64,000 nt of DNA from positions 1,824,001 to 1,888,000 of the forward strand of contig OZ251992.1 of NCBI GenBank assembly GCA_965246885.1, written 5' to 3'. How positions within the stretch are numbered: the first letter of the stretch is position 1; every line of letters begins with the position of its first letter. Made by a program: the position numbers and the translations under genes. This document shows positions 1 through 9,527 of this stretch, piece after piece. The notes under the pieces are model-generated. The model made no database searches. It was given only the letters and a program-made list of their open reading frames with translations, and had not been told where the DNA came from. The stretch comes from Abditibacterium sp. GTDB lineage: Bacteria > Armatimonadota > Abditibacteriia > Abditibacteriales > Abditibacteriaceae.

Positions 1-992
1 CGGGAAGCGTGGATGTCAACGTGCACCCCGCCAAGTCGGAGGTGCGCTTTGCCCGCGAGGGAGAAGCGCACCACGCGCTGCGCGTCGCTATCCGCGATAC
101 CCTTGTCGGGGCGCAATTAGCGCCCAATTGGAACCTCGAAGGCGAGCGCGACGGCGGCTTGTACGCGCCCTTTGGCGGCCCCAAGTTCGAGCCAAGCGGA
201 ACAGAAGCCGCGCGCTTTGCCCCGGCGCCAACGCCCAACTACGCCCGCTTCTTGCCGCGCGCCGACGAGGAATTGTCGCGCCCGCTTACGCCCGCGCCGA
301 CGGAAGACGCGCACGAACGTTTCCGTCAGCACCTCAGCGACATCCGCGAAGGCAAGACCGGCTTTGACCGCGACCTGTTCCCCGACGAGGCGCCGCCGCG
401 CTTGCAATTGCGCCCGCTCGCGCAGATTTCCCAGAACGCTTATATCCTTTGCGAGGGCGAGGACGGCTTATACATTGTCAACCAGCACCGCGCGCACGAG
501 CGCATCTTGGCCGACCGCGCCATCGCCAAGGCCGAACGCGAGCGCGTCGAGTCGCAGCGCCTGATGATCCCCTTCTCGGTCGAGTGCGGCCCGCGCGCCC
601 TCGCTTCTGTCGAGGAGCACGGCGCGCTTCTGAGTGAGCTTGGTTTCGAGGTCGAGAGTTTCGGCGGCAACGCCCTGTTAGTGCGCGCTGTGCCGATGCT
701 GGTCGCGCAAACGGACTACGAGCGCGCGTTCTCCGACTTGCTGGACGAACTGGTATCTGGCCACGCTGGTCGCAACTTGGAGGAGCGCCGCCGCGCGCTA
801 CTGACCATGCTGAGTTGCAAGAACGCCATCAAAGCGGGCGACGCGCTCAATCAAGGGCAAATGCAGGGCTTAGTGGACGACTTGGTGGAACTGCCGAATC
901 CGAGCATCTGCCCGCACGGGCAACCGATACTGATTAAGATTTCGACCTACGAATTGCACAAGAAGTTCGAGCGCGAGTATGCGATGCGCTAA
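1..992 (+). CDS. mutL: DNA mismatch repair protein MutL, C-terminal part (5' truncated by window)
   Basis: DVNVHPAKSEVRF, NQHRAHERIL, SCKNAIKAG and CPHGQP motifs. Confidence 0.95.
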   Translation, partial: GSVDVNVHPAKSEVRFAREGEAHHALRVAIRDTLVGAQLAPNWNLEGERDGGLYAPFGGPKFEPSGTEAARFAPAPTPNYARFLPRADEELSRPLTPAPTEDAHERFRQHLSDIREGKTGFDRDLFPDEAPPRLQLRPLAQISQNAYILCEGEDGLYIVNQHRAHERILADRAIAKAERERVESQRLMIPFSVECGPRALASVEEHGALLSELGFEVESFGGNALLVRAVPMLVAQTDYERAFSDLLDELVSGHAGRNLEERRRALLTMLSCKNAIKAGDALNQGQMQGLVDDLVELPNPSICPHGQPILIKISTYELHKKFEREYAMR

Positions 993-1022
993 GCATCAAT
1001 GCGCTAAACCAAGGAGACCCTT

Positions 1023-1598
1023 ATGGCCGCTAACCCGATTTCCGTTGTCCGCCGCGACTGGACTTATGAGGACTTGGATTCCTTCGCCGACGATGTGCGC
1101 CGCGAACTGGACGGCAACACCTTTTTTGAGATGCCTTCACCCACGCTTCTACACCAGACCCTGATTCTGCGCTTGGCGCTTTTCCTGTCGCAGATGGCGC
1201 GGCAGCACGGCGGCAAAGCGTTCCTGTCGCCCGTTGACCTCGTGCTGTCGCCGCGCGTGGTGTTCATTCCCGACGTGTGCTTCTACGGGCGCGAGAAGAT
1301 GGCGAGCGGCGATGTGGAGCGCGATCCCAAGCGGTTGCGCGTGGCGCCCGATTTAATCGTCGAAATCATCTCGCCCTCGACGGCCAGCCGCGATCGCGTC
1401 TTGAAGTTCCGCCGCTACGCCGAGTTTGGCGTCGGGAACTACTGGCTGGTTGACCCGCAGGAGCGCACCCTCCAAGCCTTCCAACTGCAAAGCGGCGCCT
1501 ATGCTGAAGAAGCGGTTCTGACAAACGCCGACGCGTTCGCGCCCGCTCTCTTCCCCGGCGCGACATGGGCACTAAGCGAACTTTTTGGCTCGGAATGA
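1023..1598 (+). CDS. Uma2/DUF820 family putative endonuclease
   Basis: PD..., APDLIVEIISPST...DRVLKFRRYAEFGVGNYWLVDP; SD AAGGAG upstream. Confidence 0.9.
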   Translation: MAANPISVVRRDWTYEDLDSFADDVRRELDGNTFFEMPSPTLLHQTLILRLALFLSQMARQHGGKAFLSPVDLVLSPRVVFIPDVCFYGREKMASGDVERDPKRLRVAPDLIVEIISPSTASRDRVLKFRRYAEFGVGNYWLVDPQERTLQAFQLQSGAYAEEAVLTNADAFAPALFPGATWALSELFGSE

Positions 1599-1652
1599 GG
1601 GCGAGGAGGCAAGACGCGCGAAGCGGCGCACGAATCGCTAACCTGTAACGCG

Positions 1653-2240
1653 ATGGCACAGCACCCCGACGGTCAGAACCTGCAACAACCCCAAGCGCAC
1701 GCGACGCCGCACCGCGACGATGCTTCGGAGTCCACCAATGAGCATCGCGCCCAAGCGCCCGAATCGGTGCGGGCGACGGTGATTGTCGTGTCGGACACGC
1801 GCACTCTCGACACCGACCGGGGCGGGTTGCTCATCGAAGAGCTACTCGAAAGCGCGGGGCATGAGGTCATGCTACGCCAAATCGTGCGCGACGAGTTGGA
1901 AGCGATCAAAACGGCGGCGTGCGATGCCATCGGCACCGATGCCGAAGCCGTCATCCTCACCGGTGGCAGTGGCGTCACGGCCCGTGACGTGACGCCCGAA
2001 GCGATTCACCCGCTCCTCACCAAAGAATTGCCCGGCTTTGGTGAGGTCTTCCGCGTTCTCAGCTACGCCGAAATCGGCGCCGCGACCATGCTCTCGCGCG
2101 CCTTTGCGGGAGTGGCAGGCCGCACGCTTGTGTTCGTGCTTCCCGGCTCGACCAACGCCGTGCGCTTGGCGATGGAAAAACTCATCCTCCCTGAAATCGG
2201 CCACCTCGTGCGCGAACTGCGCCCGGAACGCCGCCGTTAA
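1653..2240 (+). CDS. moaB: Molybdenum cofactor biosynthesis protein MoaB/MogA family
   Basis: VSDTRT..D, TGGSGVTARDVTPEA, LPGFGE, SRA, LPGSTNAV motifs. Confidence 0.9.
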   Translation: MAQHPDGQNLQQPQAHATPHRDDASESTNEHRAQAPESVRATVIVVSDTRTLDTDRGGLLIEELLESAGHEVMLRQIVRDELEAIKTAACDAIGTDAEAVILTGGSGVTARDVTPEAIHPLLTKELPGFGEVFRVLSYAEIGAATMLSRAFAGVAGRTLVFVLPGSTNAVRLAMEKLILPEIGHLVRELRPERRR

Positions 2241-2243
2241 GGG

Positions 2244-2272
2244 TTGCACGCCCCCGCCAAAGTGGTTAGAAT
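2244..2272 (+). promoter_or_regulatory. sigma70-type promoter of tRNA-Ile
   Basis: TTGCAC-17 bp-TAGAAT, 15 nt upstream of the tRNA. Confidence 0.75.
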
Positions 2273-2287
2273 TTCTTCTGCCTTTAC

Positions 2288-2361
2288 GGGCGCATAGCTC
2301 AGTTGGTTAGAGCGCAACACTGATAATGTTGAGGTCCGTGGTTCGAATCCACGTGCGCCCA
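2288..2361 (+). tRNA. tRNA-Ile (GAT)
   Basis: Cloverleaf: GGGCGCA/TGCGCCC acceptor, CAACA-CTGATAA-TGTTG anticodon arm, GTTCGAATC T-loop; CCA not encoded. Confidence 0.97.
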
Positions 2362-2363
2362 GT

Positions 2364-2420
2364 GGGAAAGGGGCCGGAAGCGTCTCAGTAATTACTGAGA
2401 CGCTCCCGGCCCTTTCTTGT
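2364..2420 (+). terminator. Hairpin/terminator after tRNA-Ile
   Basis: GAAAGGGGCCGG-AAGCGTCTCAGTAATTACTGAGACGCT-CCCGGCCCTTTCTT long inverted repeat. Confidence 0.65.
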
Positions 2421-2472
2421 TCCACCCGTCTGCCCCCGCCGTCCCAAGGCGCAGATGAGGCGACACAAACCG

Positions 2473-2504
2473 CAACGGCCCGCTTCCGAAGAAGCGGGCC
2501 GTTG
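2473..2504. terminator. Hairpin between convergent tRNA-Ile and DUF1559 gene
   Basis: CAACGGCCCGCTTC-CGAA-GAAGCGGGCCGTTG perfect 14-bp stem. Confidence 0.65.
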
Positions 2505-2519
2505 TCGTTTGGGCGAGGA

Positions 2520-3512
2520 TTAGTCGCAGTTGGCGTGCGGGCCGTTGTAGTCGGTGGCCCACAAGCAGACGTCGCCGACGACTTGGACGTAGGGCATGGC
2601 CTTGACGTGGCCATCCACGAACTGGCAGTTGATGAAGCCCATGTGGCGGCTGGTCAGAGCATCCTGCTCGGCCTGACCGAAGGTGGTGGGCCAAGCGTTG
2701 CTGTTGCCCGAAAAGCCAGCGTAGTTGCCCTTGCCGTTGCCAATGTTGCGCCAGTAGTGGACGTATTGGGCACCGTATCCGTTGGCCAAGCCCAAGTCAT
2801 CGCAATCTTTGGAGCTGGTGCAAGCCACGTTGCCGCCACCGATGTTCTTGAGCAAGCCGGACTCGTTGGCCAAGTCGGGGCCGACGCCGTAGTAGGTGGA
2901 GTCGGTGATCATGATGGTCTTGGCCGGGCGGGTAACGGACGCATCGCTCACCGGAGGAGTGGCAACGCCAGCCAACTTCTGCGGGCTGAGCCATGTGTCG
3001 TTGTGGCCGTAGGAGTTCTCGCCGCCGTAGCTGAGGCCTTCACAACCGGAGGCTTTGAAGGCACCCGTTGTGGAGTCTTTGGTCGCGCCGCCATCGCCGC
3101 ACTTGGTGCCGGCGGGGTCATAGCCGACCCACGAGTTGGGGTTGGACGGGCAGGCGAAGACTTGGGTGCTCTTGATGTAGGGCTGGAGTAAGGAGATCCA
3201 GAAGACGCGTTGCGTGGCGCCGCCCGTGATGGTGCCAGCAGGAGCGGTGGCCACGAACGGGTTGTTGGTCACCGAGGAGGAGTCGCCGCCGGTGCGGTGG
3301 GGGTAGAGTTTCTCGTCGTAGTCCTGAACATACTGAGCCGACGCGAGGCCCATCTGTTTCATGTTGGACATACAGGAGGCTTTGCGGGCGTTCTCACGAG
3401 CGCGGGCGAAAGCGGGGAACAGGATTGCCGCGAGGATCGCAATGATAGCGATAACAACGAGCAACTCGATGAGCGTGAAAGCCGAACGGTTCTTAGAAGC
3501 GGTTGTAAACAT
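2520..3512 (-). CDS. DUF1559 protein with prepilin-type N-terminal cleavage/methylation motif and H-X9-DG motif
   Basis: [41 protein letters not shown]-terminal [16 protein letters not shown]. Confidence 0.93.
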   Translation of the reverse strand: MFTTASKNRSAFTLIELLVVIAIIAILAAILFPAFARARENARKASCMSNMKQMGLASAQYVQDYDEKLYPHRTGGDSSSVTNNPFVATAPAGTITGGATQRVFWISLLQPYIKSTQVFACPSNPNSWVGYDPAGTKCGDGGATKDSTTGAFKASGCEGLSYGGENSYGHNDTWLSPQKLAGVATPPVSDASVTRPAKTIMITDSTYYGVGPDLANESGLLKNIGGGNVACTSSKDCDDLGLANGYGAQYVHYWRNIGNGKGNYAGFSGNSNAWPTTFGQAEQDALTSRHMGFINCQFVDGHVKAMPYVQVVGDVCLWATDYNGPHANCD

Positions 3513-3663
3513 GGTTGGTGGATTTCTCCGGGGAGATTGTCCTCAACCGAGTTTAAGAGAATATGAGGAGGAGGTGAGACTTTCCACAGAAAGGACGATT
3601 GGCCCCGTTTTTCATGCACAGTCAGAGGGAAGGCAAGGGGGGGAGGCCCCGACTTACCGACCC

Positions 3664-3790
3664 GACTTTCCGGCTCCTATTTTCCATTCCCACGTGCCTG
3701 CCGTCCATTCCCGCGCCTGTGTCACCCACTCCCGCATGTGTGTGACTCATTCCTACATGCTTGTCATTCATTGGCAGGGGCGCGTCAATG
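3664..3790. repeat. Degenerate 21-bp periodic tandem array (CATTCC family)
   Basis: CA(T/C)T(C/G) recurs at 3685, 3706, 3727, 3748 and 3769. Confidence 0.7.
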
Positions 3791-3869
3791 GACGACAGAC
3801 GCGGGCGACGCGCCCGCCGCCCTCTGTTATCGGGCGCCCGCCGTCGCTTCGCACAGGGCGGGCCACATT

Positions 3870-5072
3870 TTAAAAGTTGACAACGGCGGAGCGGCCATCG
3901 GCGAAGGAAACGAGGGCTTGGTTTTGTCCGTGCAGCGAAGCGTGCGCGCCCACTGCGGCAGAAACGGCTCCCAATGGAGCAAACAGTTGGCCATCCACGA
4001 CTTGCGCGGCGGTCATCATCTGGGCCGTGCGGCCATTGATGGTGGCGCGCGAAGCGTTCGCGCGGAAGATGCCACTGGTGCGTCCGCTCGCGTCGGTGCG
4101 CACGGCGACGCCGTCGCCGCGCGCGCTCCATTGCACCCCGGCCATGCGCGCCATTTCGATGACGGGCACGAGCACAACCGGGCCGCGCGCGCCTTGCACG
4201 ACGCGCCCATTGAAGGGGGCGTCACCGGCGGGTACGACGGGTGAAGTGACGCGGGATTGTCCGAACGCGGGCGGATACTCGCTGTTTCCGCCCGCCAAAG
4301 TTAAAAAAGGCCCACCGTTGTTTTGGGCGACGCCCACGAGGTTTTCGCGGTTGATTTCGGCAGAAACGGCCTTTTGGCGGGCCGGAGAGGTGGGGTGATC
4401 GCTCAGGTATTTGCCCAACCCTTCCGGCCCATCACCCAAGCGGCCCAACATGGAAACGGCGGCGCGTGGGTCGAAACCCAAGCGGGCGATGGCGCGCGTG
4501 CCATAGTCGTCGGCCTGCGACTCCTCTTTGCGCGAGAAACCCTTTTGCCACAAGACGGCGCCGGTGTTCACCAAGCCGCCGACCAAGTCGCCCGCTTGTC
4601 CGCCGCGACTGCTGAGGATGCCGCCCAAGATGGCGGCGCCGATGCCGATGGTTTGCGATTTCTGCGCGGCTTTAACGACGTGGCGCAGTTCGACGTGCCC
4701 GGTTTCGTGGCCCAAAACGTAAGCTAACTCGGCGTCGTTTTGGGCGGTGGCCATCAGTTTCGTGGTGACAAACACCGGCCCGCCGGGGCCAGCGAACGCG
4801 TTGAGGACTTTGTCGTTTTGCAGAACTGTATAGGAGAAGGGGATGTTGCGGCGGGTGGCTTGGCGGGCGAGCATGGCGCCGATGCGCGAAACGCGGATTT
4901 GGCGCGGGTCGTTGGCGGGCAGGGGCTGGCCGTATTGCTGGATGGCTTGCTGGGCCATTGTCCGCCCGGCGGCGATCTCTTGCTCGTCGGAAATGGCGTG
5001 GGCCGGACGCACCGCCGCGCTGATTGTGACGGCGCACAAGCCAAGGGTCAAAAAGCGGAATGTGTGTTTCAT
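3870..5072 (-). CDS. Secreted M48 family metallopeptidase with C-terminal copper-amine-oxidase-N-like/stalk domain
   Basis: Signal peptide; NAFAGPGG, ELAYVLGHETGH (HExxH), FSRKEESQAD, LSDHP. Confidence 0.88.
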   Translation of the reverse strand: MKHTFRFLTLGLCAVTISAAVRPAHAISDEQEIAAGRTMAQQAIQQYGQPLPANDPRQIRVSRIGAMLARQATRRNIPFSYTVLQNDKVLNAFAGPGGPVFVTTKLMATAQNDAELAYVLGHETGHVELRHVVKAAQKSQTIGIGAAILGGILSSRGGQAGDLVGGLVNTGAVLWQKGFSRKEESQADDYGTRAIARLGFDPRAAVSMLGRLGDGPEGLGKYLSDHPTSPARQKAVSAEINRENLVGVAQNNGGPFLTLAGGNSEYPPAFGQSRVTSPVVPAGDAPFNGRVVQGARGPVVLVPVIEMARMAGVQWSARGDGVAVRTDASGRTSGIFRANASRATINGRTAQMMTAAQVVDGQLFAPLGAVSAAVGAHASLHGQNQALVSFADGRSAVVNF

Positions 5073-5191
5073 GGGATTTCGCAGTGGCGGCTTTGGACGC
5101 GATTTCGGTGCCGGAGTTCAGAGGAAAGCCCCGCAAACGGCGCGGAGGCCTTCCATTTGCCCTCAAACTACCCCACAAGTGGGGAATCGGG

Positions 5192-5220
5192 TTGAAGCGC
5201 GGCGCCGGGCGGTTTATAAT
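5192..5220 (+). promoter_or_regulatory. sigma70-type promoter of the sulfurtransferase gene
   Basis: TTGAAG-17 bp-TATAAT. Confidence 0.7.
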
Positions 5221-5264
5221 CCCCTGCTCCGGTTGCGCCCAAAGCCGAGCGCCCGCGAAACATC

Positions 5265-6119
5265 ATGTCAACCATCGAAACCAAAGGTTACGCCCATCCC
5301 GACGCCCTCGTGGACGTCGAGTGGGTCGAAGAGCACCGCAAGAACGGCACCATCAAATTAGTCGAAGTGGACGTGGACACCAACGCCTACTCCGAAGGGC
5401 ACATTCCCGGCGCCGTCGCGTGGAACTGGACGAGCCAACTGTCCGACAACGTGCGCCGCGACATCCTGAGCAAGCCCGAACTCGAAGCCCTCTTGTCCAA
5501 ATCCGGCATTTCCAACGACGACACCATCGTGCTTTACGGCGACAACAACAACTGGTTCGCCGCCTTCGCGCTGTGGATTTTAAAGATGTATGGCCACGAG
5601 AAAGTCGTGCTTATGGACGGGGGCCGCAAAAAGTGGGTGGCCGATGGTCGCGAACTCACGACTCAAGAAGAGTCTCCCGCACCCGCGCATTACACTGCTA
5701 AAGAGTTGGACAGCAGCTTGCGCTCGAACGTGCGCGAAGTGCTGGACATCGTGGACTCCGGCAACTACGAGTTAGTGGATGTGCGCTCGCCCGCCGAATT
5801 TACTGGCGAGGTCATCGCGCCTCCCGGCATGACCGAAACCGCCCAGCGCGGCGGCCACGTTCCCGGCGCCAAGTCCATCCCTTGGGCTTTGACGGTCGAA
5901 GAAGATGGCACCTTCAAAAGCGCCGATAAGTTGCGCGAACTCTACGCTTCGCGCGGCGTGTCGTTCCAAAAGCCCATCGTGGCCTATTGCCGCATCGGGG
6001 AACGCTCCAGCCATACGTGGTTCGTGCTGTCTTACCTGCTCGGCGAGAAGGGTTGCAAGAACTACGACGGCTCGTGGACGGAATACGGCTCGATGGTCGG
6101 CGTGCCGATTGAAAAGTAG
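5265..6119 (+). CDS. Two-domain rhodanese / thiosulfate sulfurtransferase (CysA/SseA-like)
   Basis: GHIPGA, DVRSPAEFTG, YCRIGERSS active loop, YDGSWTEYG. Confidence 0.95.
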   Translation: MSTIETKGYAHPDALVDVEWVEEHRKNGTIKLVEVDVDTNAYSEGHIPGAVAWNWTSQLSDNVRRDILSKPELEALLSKSGISNDDTIVLYGDNNNWFAAFALWILKMYGHEKVVLMDGGRKKWVADGRELTTQEESPAPAHYTAKELDSSLRSNVREVLDIVDSGNYELVDVRSPAEFTGEVIAPPGMTETAQRGGHVPGAKSIPWALTVEEDGTFKSADKLRELYASRGVSFQKPIVAYCRIGERSSHTWFVLSYLLGEKGCKNYDGSWTEYGSMVGVPIEK

Positions 6120-6146
6120 GGCGCCCACTTCCGTCGTCATGTCATC

Positions 6147-6183
6147 CGCCGGAGCAAACTTCAAGTTTGCTCCGGCGTTTTCT
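6147..6183 (+). terminator. Rho-independent terminator
   Basis: CGCCGGAGCAAACT-TCA-AGTTTGCTCCGGCG followed by a T-run. Confidence 0.75.
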
Positions 6184-6186
6184 TCT

Positions 6187-6555
6187 ATGTCTACCATTTC
6201 CCGCTTTACCCAGAAAGTCTTGGCGCAACCCGAATTGGCGCTGCTTGTGTTCGATGTTGCGGCGCTCTCTCCTTATAGTGCGCGCGGCGAAGTCAAGCGC
6301 ACCGACACGGTAGGGCGCGTCAAGACCGCGAACTGGTCGTTGGACTTTGGCATCGCGCCCGATGAGGCCACTATTCACGTTCCGCTCGGCGCTTTCCTGC
6401 AGAAGGTGCCCGAAAAGGAGCGCGCGTCGTGGCTCGAACACGCGGACTCGTCGCGATTTTCGGAGAACTTCCTGAAGATGCTGTCTTCGCATGCGTGCAT
6501 AGACGATGGGAACTTGCGAGGTTGGAGCGAGGAGAAGGAAGAGAGCTTTTTTTGA
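6187..6555 (+). CDS. Hypothetical protein (122 aa)
   Basis: ATG at 6187 in the long ORF, protein-like sequence (RTDTVGRVK...WSLDFGI). Confidence 0.7.
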   Translation: MSTISRFTQKVLAQPELALLVFDVAALSPYSARGEVKRTDTVGRVKTANWSLDFGIAPDEATIHVPLGAFLQKVPEKERASWLEHADSSRFSENFLKMLSSHACIDDGNLRGWSEEKEESFF

Positions 6556-6569
6556 GTTGAAGGCTCTCG

Positions 6570-6684
6570 TTTTGCGCGAATGAATTCGCAGCCAGCAAGA
6601 GTGTCGGCCTTCGCCGATGGGGTTGCTGCCCCTGCGTCGGCGAAGGCCGACACTCTTGCTGGCTGCGAATTCATTCGCGCAAAA
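6570..6684. repeat. REPIN-like perfect 48-bp inverted repeat
   Basis: Arms 6570-6617 and 6637-6684 are exact reverse complements; each has an internal GCGAATGAATTCGC palindrome. Confidence 0.9.
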
Positions 6685-6737
6685 CCAAAATCCAATATCT
6701 CCGGCTCTCACTTCCCGGTCGTGCGTCGGAAGTTTAT

Positions 6738-7793
6738 ATGCCCCGGTTTCGCGGATTTTTGGAGCGCGCGCTCGACGGCGGCGCGTTTCCGGGCGCGACG
6801 GCGTGTCTTCTGCGGGGGCGCGAGGTCGTTTGGTCGGGCGCCGTCGGAACTTTGGGCTACGAAGCGCCCTTTCGCGCGCCCACCCTTTCCGGCACTCTGT
6901 ATGACGTCGCTTCTTTGACGAAGATTTACACCCTTTCGGCGGCGTTGCTCGCGCTTCGGGAAGCGAACCTCGCGCCCGAAACGACCCCCCTCCGCGCTTT
7001 CTTGCCCGCCTTCGACGCGCGCATCACCTTGGAGCACCTTTTCAATCATTCCAGTGGACTGACGCGGCAGTTGCAGACATTGGAGCCGCTCCCGGCCAAC
7101 ACTTGGGTGGACACCTTGGCCCGCGAAACGCTGCAAACCGAACCGGGGCGGGTGGTGTTATACAACTGCTCGAACTACTTCCTGCTGGCGCGCGCCTTGG
7201 AACGATTGACCGGGGAGCCGCTGGATGAACTCGTGGCGCGCTACCTTTTGCGCCCGCTCCGCTTGGAAAACACGACGTTCGCGCCGTGCGATTTGGAGTT
7301 CGTCGCGCCCACTGAAGCCAAGCGCGGCGTCGGCGAAACCGGCTTTTGGCACGGCGAAGTGCACGATGAAGCGGCCCGCGCATGGCGCCGCGCAACGGGA
7401 ACCGGTTGCGGCAACGCTGGACTATTCGCTACTGCCGCCGACGTCGCCCGCTTCGCGGGCATCTGGCTCCTTGATGGGCGCGAGTCTCCCTTGCCGTCCA
7501 TTTGGCGTGCCCGCGCCATGATGCACATCTTGCCCGAAGGTGGCGCCGGACGCGGCTGGGGATTTGGGCGCGACGCCGACTACTACATGGGCGCGCTTCC
7601 CCATCGCCCCGACCAAACGCGCGGCTTTCTGATTGGGCATTTGGGCTTTACCGGCACCTCGCTCGTCCTCAACCCGCGCGCCGGAGAAATCGCCGTCGTG
7701 CTGTCCAACCGCGTCCACCCCACCAGACTCGGCCCCGACCGCCTCCCCTTCGTCCGTGCCCTGCACGAAGAGTTTTGGCGCTCCGGCCCATGA
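6738..7793 (+). CDS. Serine hydrolase, beta-lactamase-like (AmiE/EstB-like)
   Basis: DVASLTK (SxxK), LFNHSSG, YNCSNY, GEVHDE, GNAGLF, GHLGFTG, NRVHP. Confidence 0.9.
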   Translation: MPRFRGFLERALDGGAFPGATACLLRGREVVWSGAVGTLGYEAPFRAPTLSGTLYDVASLTKIYTLSAALLALREANLAPETTPLRAFLPAFDARITLEHLFNHSSGLTRQLQTLEPLPANTWVDTLARETLQTEPGRVVLYNCSNYFLLARALERLTGEPLDELVARYLLRPLRLENTTFAPCDLEFVAPTEAKRGVGETGFWHGEVHDEAARAWRRATGTGCGNAGLFATAADVARFAGIWLLDGRESPLPSIWRARAMMHILPEGGAGRGWGFGRDADYYMGALPHRPDQTRGFLIGHLGFTGTSLVLNPRAGEIAVVLSNRVHPTRLGPDRLPFVRALHEEFWRSGP

Positions 7794-7818
7794 TGCGGCG
7801 GCTTGCCAAACTGGGCGC

Positions 7819-9366
7819 GTGATTTCTCGGATTCTTTTGGGCGCCACGCTCCTGCTGTTGGCGCCTTTGGCGAGGGCGCAGGAGCGTGCGCCCCTCGCGT
7901 TACCGCCTGCGACGGAGCGGCAAATAGAAGCGATATTGCGCGCGCCGAACTTTGACGGCGCGCGGGTAGGGGTGGCGGTAGTGGCCTTGGGGCGCGCGAG
8001 TGGGGTGGACTCGGTACGCGTGAGGCCGTTTGCCGGTGGCGCGCAACCGATGCTGTTCGCGCGCGACGCCGGGAAGCGGTTCTTGCCCGCGTCCAACTTC
8101 AAACTGTTCACGGCGGCGTGGGCACTCGAATCGCTGGGCGGCTCGCACTCGTTCGACACGCGCGCGTTGGTGGCGCCGCTTCGCTTTGGGCGGGCGGGGG
8201 TGTGGCCCGTTGGGTCGCCGCTTCCGCTTGCGCTGATGCTGGAAGGAGAAGGCGACCCATCGTTGTCGGGGCAGGATTTGGCGCTTCTCGCCGACCGCGT
8301 GGCGGCCTCGCCGCTCCTCAAAGGGCAAGCGGTCGTGGTGCGGGTCGCGCCCTCGCGCTTGGCGGCGGAAGAGAACGGTGGGCGCTACCCCGACGGCTGG
8401 ACGCTGGACGACGCGACGTGGTATTACGGCGCGCCCATCACCGGTTGGGCGCTCGACCGCAATCAAGTGGACGTGTCGGTCATCGGGCAGAAGCCGGGCG
8501 AGTTAGCACGCTTGGAAGTCAAGGGGCAGGCGCCGATGGAGATATTCAACGGCGTCTTGACCGCGCCCGACAAAGCGTCGGCGACGGGCGCGCACTTCGA
8601 CCGGGGCGACCGCTCCTCGCCTTTTGGCCCCGCGCTTTCGATTAGCGGAACCGTCGCGCCGGGGTCGGTAGACGCCGAGGGCGTGGCCGTGCCCGACCCG
8701 AACGAGTGGATACGCGCGCGCTTTGGAGCGCTACTCCGGGTGCGTGGGGTGCGAGTCGTTGACCCCGGCGCCGCCTTTGCGACCGGAGCGCCGCAACTGG
8801 TGGCGACGCACCGCTCGCGTCCTTTGGGGGAAATACTGCGCCGCTTTTTGAAATCGAGCGACAACCTGTATGGCGAGATGCTCCTGCGCGCGGCGGCCCG
8901 AACGCCCGCGAAGAAGTGGCCCCAAGTCGCGTCGTCGGGCGTGGCGGCGCGCAGTCATGGCGCGATGCTGGACTGGTTGGCGTCCCAACAGGTGCCCGTC
9001 GCGGCGCTACGGATGTCGGACGGAAGCGGTTTGTCGCGCTATAATCTGGTGACGCCCGAAGCCCTCACGCGCCTGCTCGCCCTTGAAGCGCGGCAACGCG
9101 ACGGCGCCTTCTTTTACGGCGCGCTGCCGGTTGCCGGGGTGGACGGCACGCTCAAAAATCGCATGAAAGGCACGCCCGCGCAGGGGAACGTGCGCGCCAA
9201 AACCGGCACGTTCTCGATTGTCAACTGCTTGTCGGGGTATGTCACGACGCGCGACGGGGTGCGCTTGGCCGTCTCCGTCCTGACCAACTTCGCGCCCGAT
9301 GGCGACCGCGCCCGCGAGGACGAAGGCCGCATCTTCGCGGCCTTAGCAGGGGCGCGGTGGAAGTAG
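7819..9366 (+). CDS. dacB: D-alanyl-D-alanine carboxypeptidase/endopeptidase, PBP4 (S13)
   Basis: PASNFK, GEGDPSL, SDN, DGSGLSR, AGVDGTL, AKTGT; signal peptide from GTG 7819. Confidence 0.93.
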   Translation: MISRILLGATLLLLAPLARAQERAPLALPPATERQIEAILRAPNFDGARVGVAVVALGRASGVDSVRVRPFAGGAQPMLFARDAGKRFLPASNFKLFTAAWALESLGGSHSFDTRALVAPLRFGRAGVWPVGSPLPLALMLEGEGDPSLSGQDLALLADRVAASPLLKGQAVVVRVAPSRLAAEENGGRYPDGWTLDDATWYYGAPITGWALDRNQVDVSVIGQKPGELARLEVKGQAPMEIFNGVLTAPDKASATGAHFDRGDRSSPFGPALSISGTVAPGSVDAEGVAVPDPNEWIRARFGALLRVRGVRVVDPGAAFATGAPQLVATHRSRPLGEILRRFLKSSDNLYGEMLLRAAARTPAKKWPQVASSGVAARSHGAMLDWLASQQVPVAALRMSDGSGLSRYNLVTPEALTRLLALEARQRDGAFFYGALPVAGVDGTLKNRMKGTPAQGNVRAKTGTFSIVNCLSGYVTTRDGVRLAVSVLTNFAPDGDRAREDEGRIFAALAGARWK

Positions 9367-9383
9367 CGTTATGCCGTTCTGCC

Positions 9384-9519
9384 CCCCCATTGAAATCAGG
9401 GGCTACGCCCGTCTGCGGTGGAACTGTTCGTGGGAGCGAGCAACACGGGTTGCGGGTCATGTTCACGAAGGTGAACAGTTGGTGTGAAGCGCCGCGTAGC
9501 CCCCGAATTCATTCAGGGG
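9384..9519. repeat. GTAG-type REP doublet (inverted)
   Basis: GCGTAGCCCCTGATTTCAATGGGG on the minus strand and GCGTAGCCCCCGAATTCATTCAGGGG on the plus strand. Confidence 0.7.
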
Positions 9520-9527
9520 TGTTGTGA

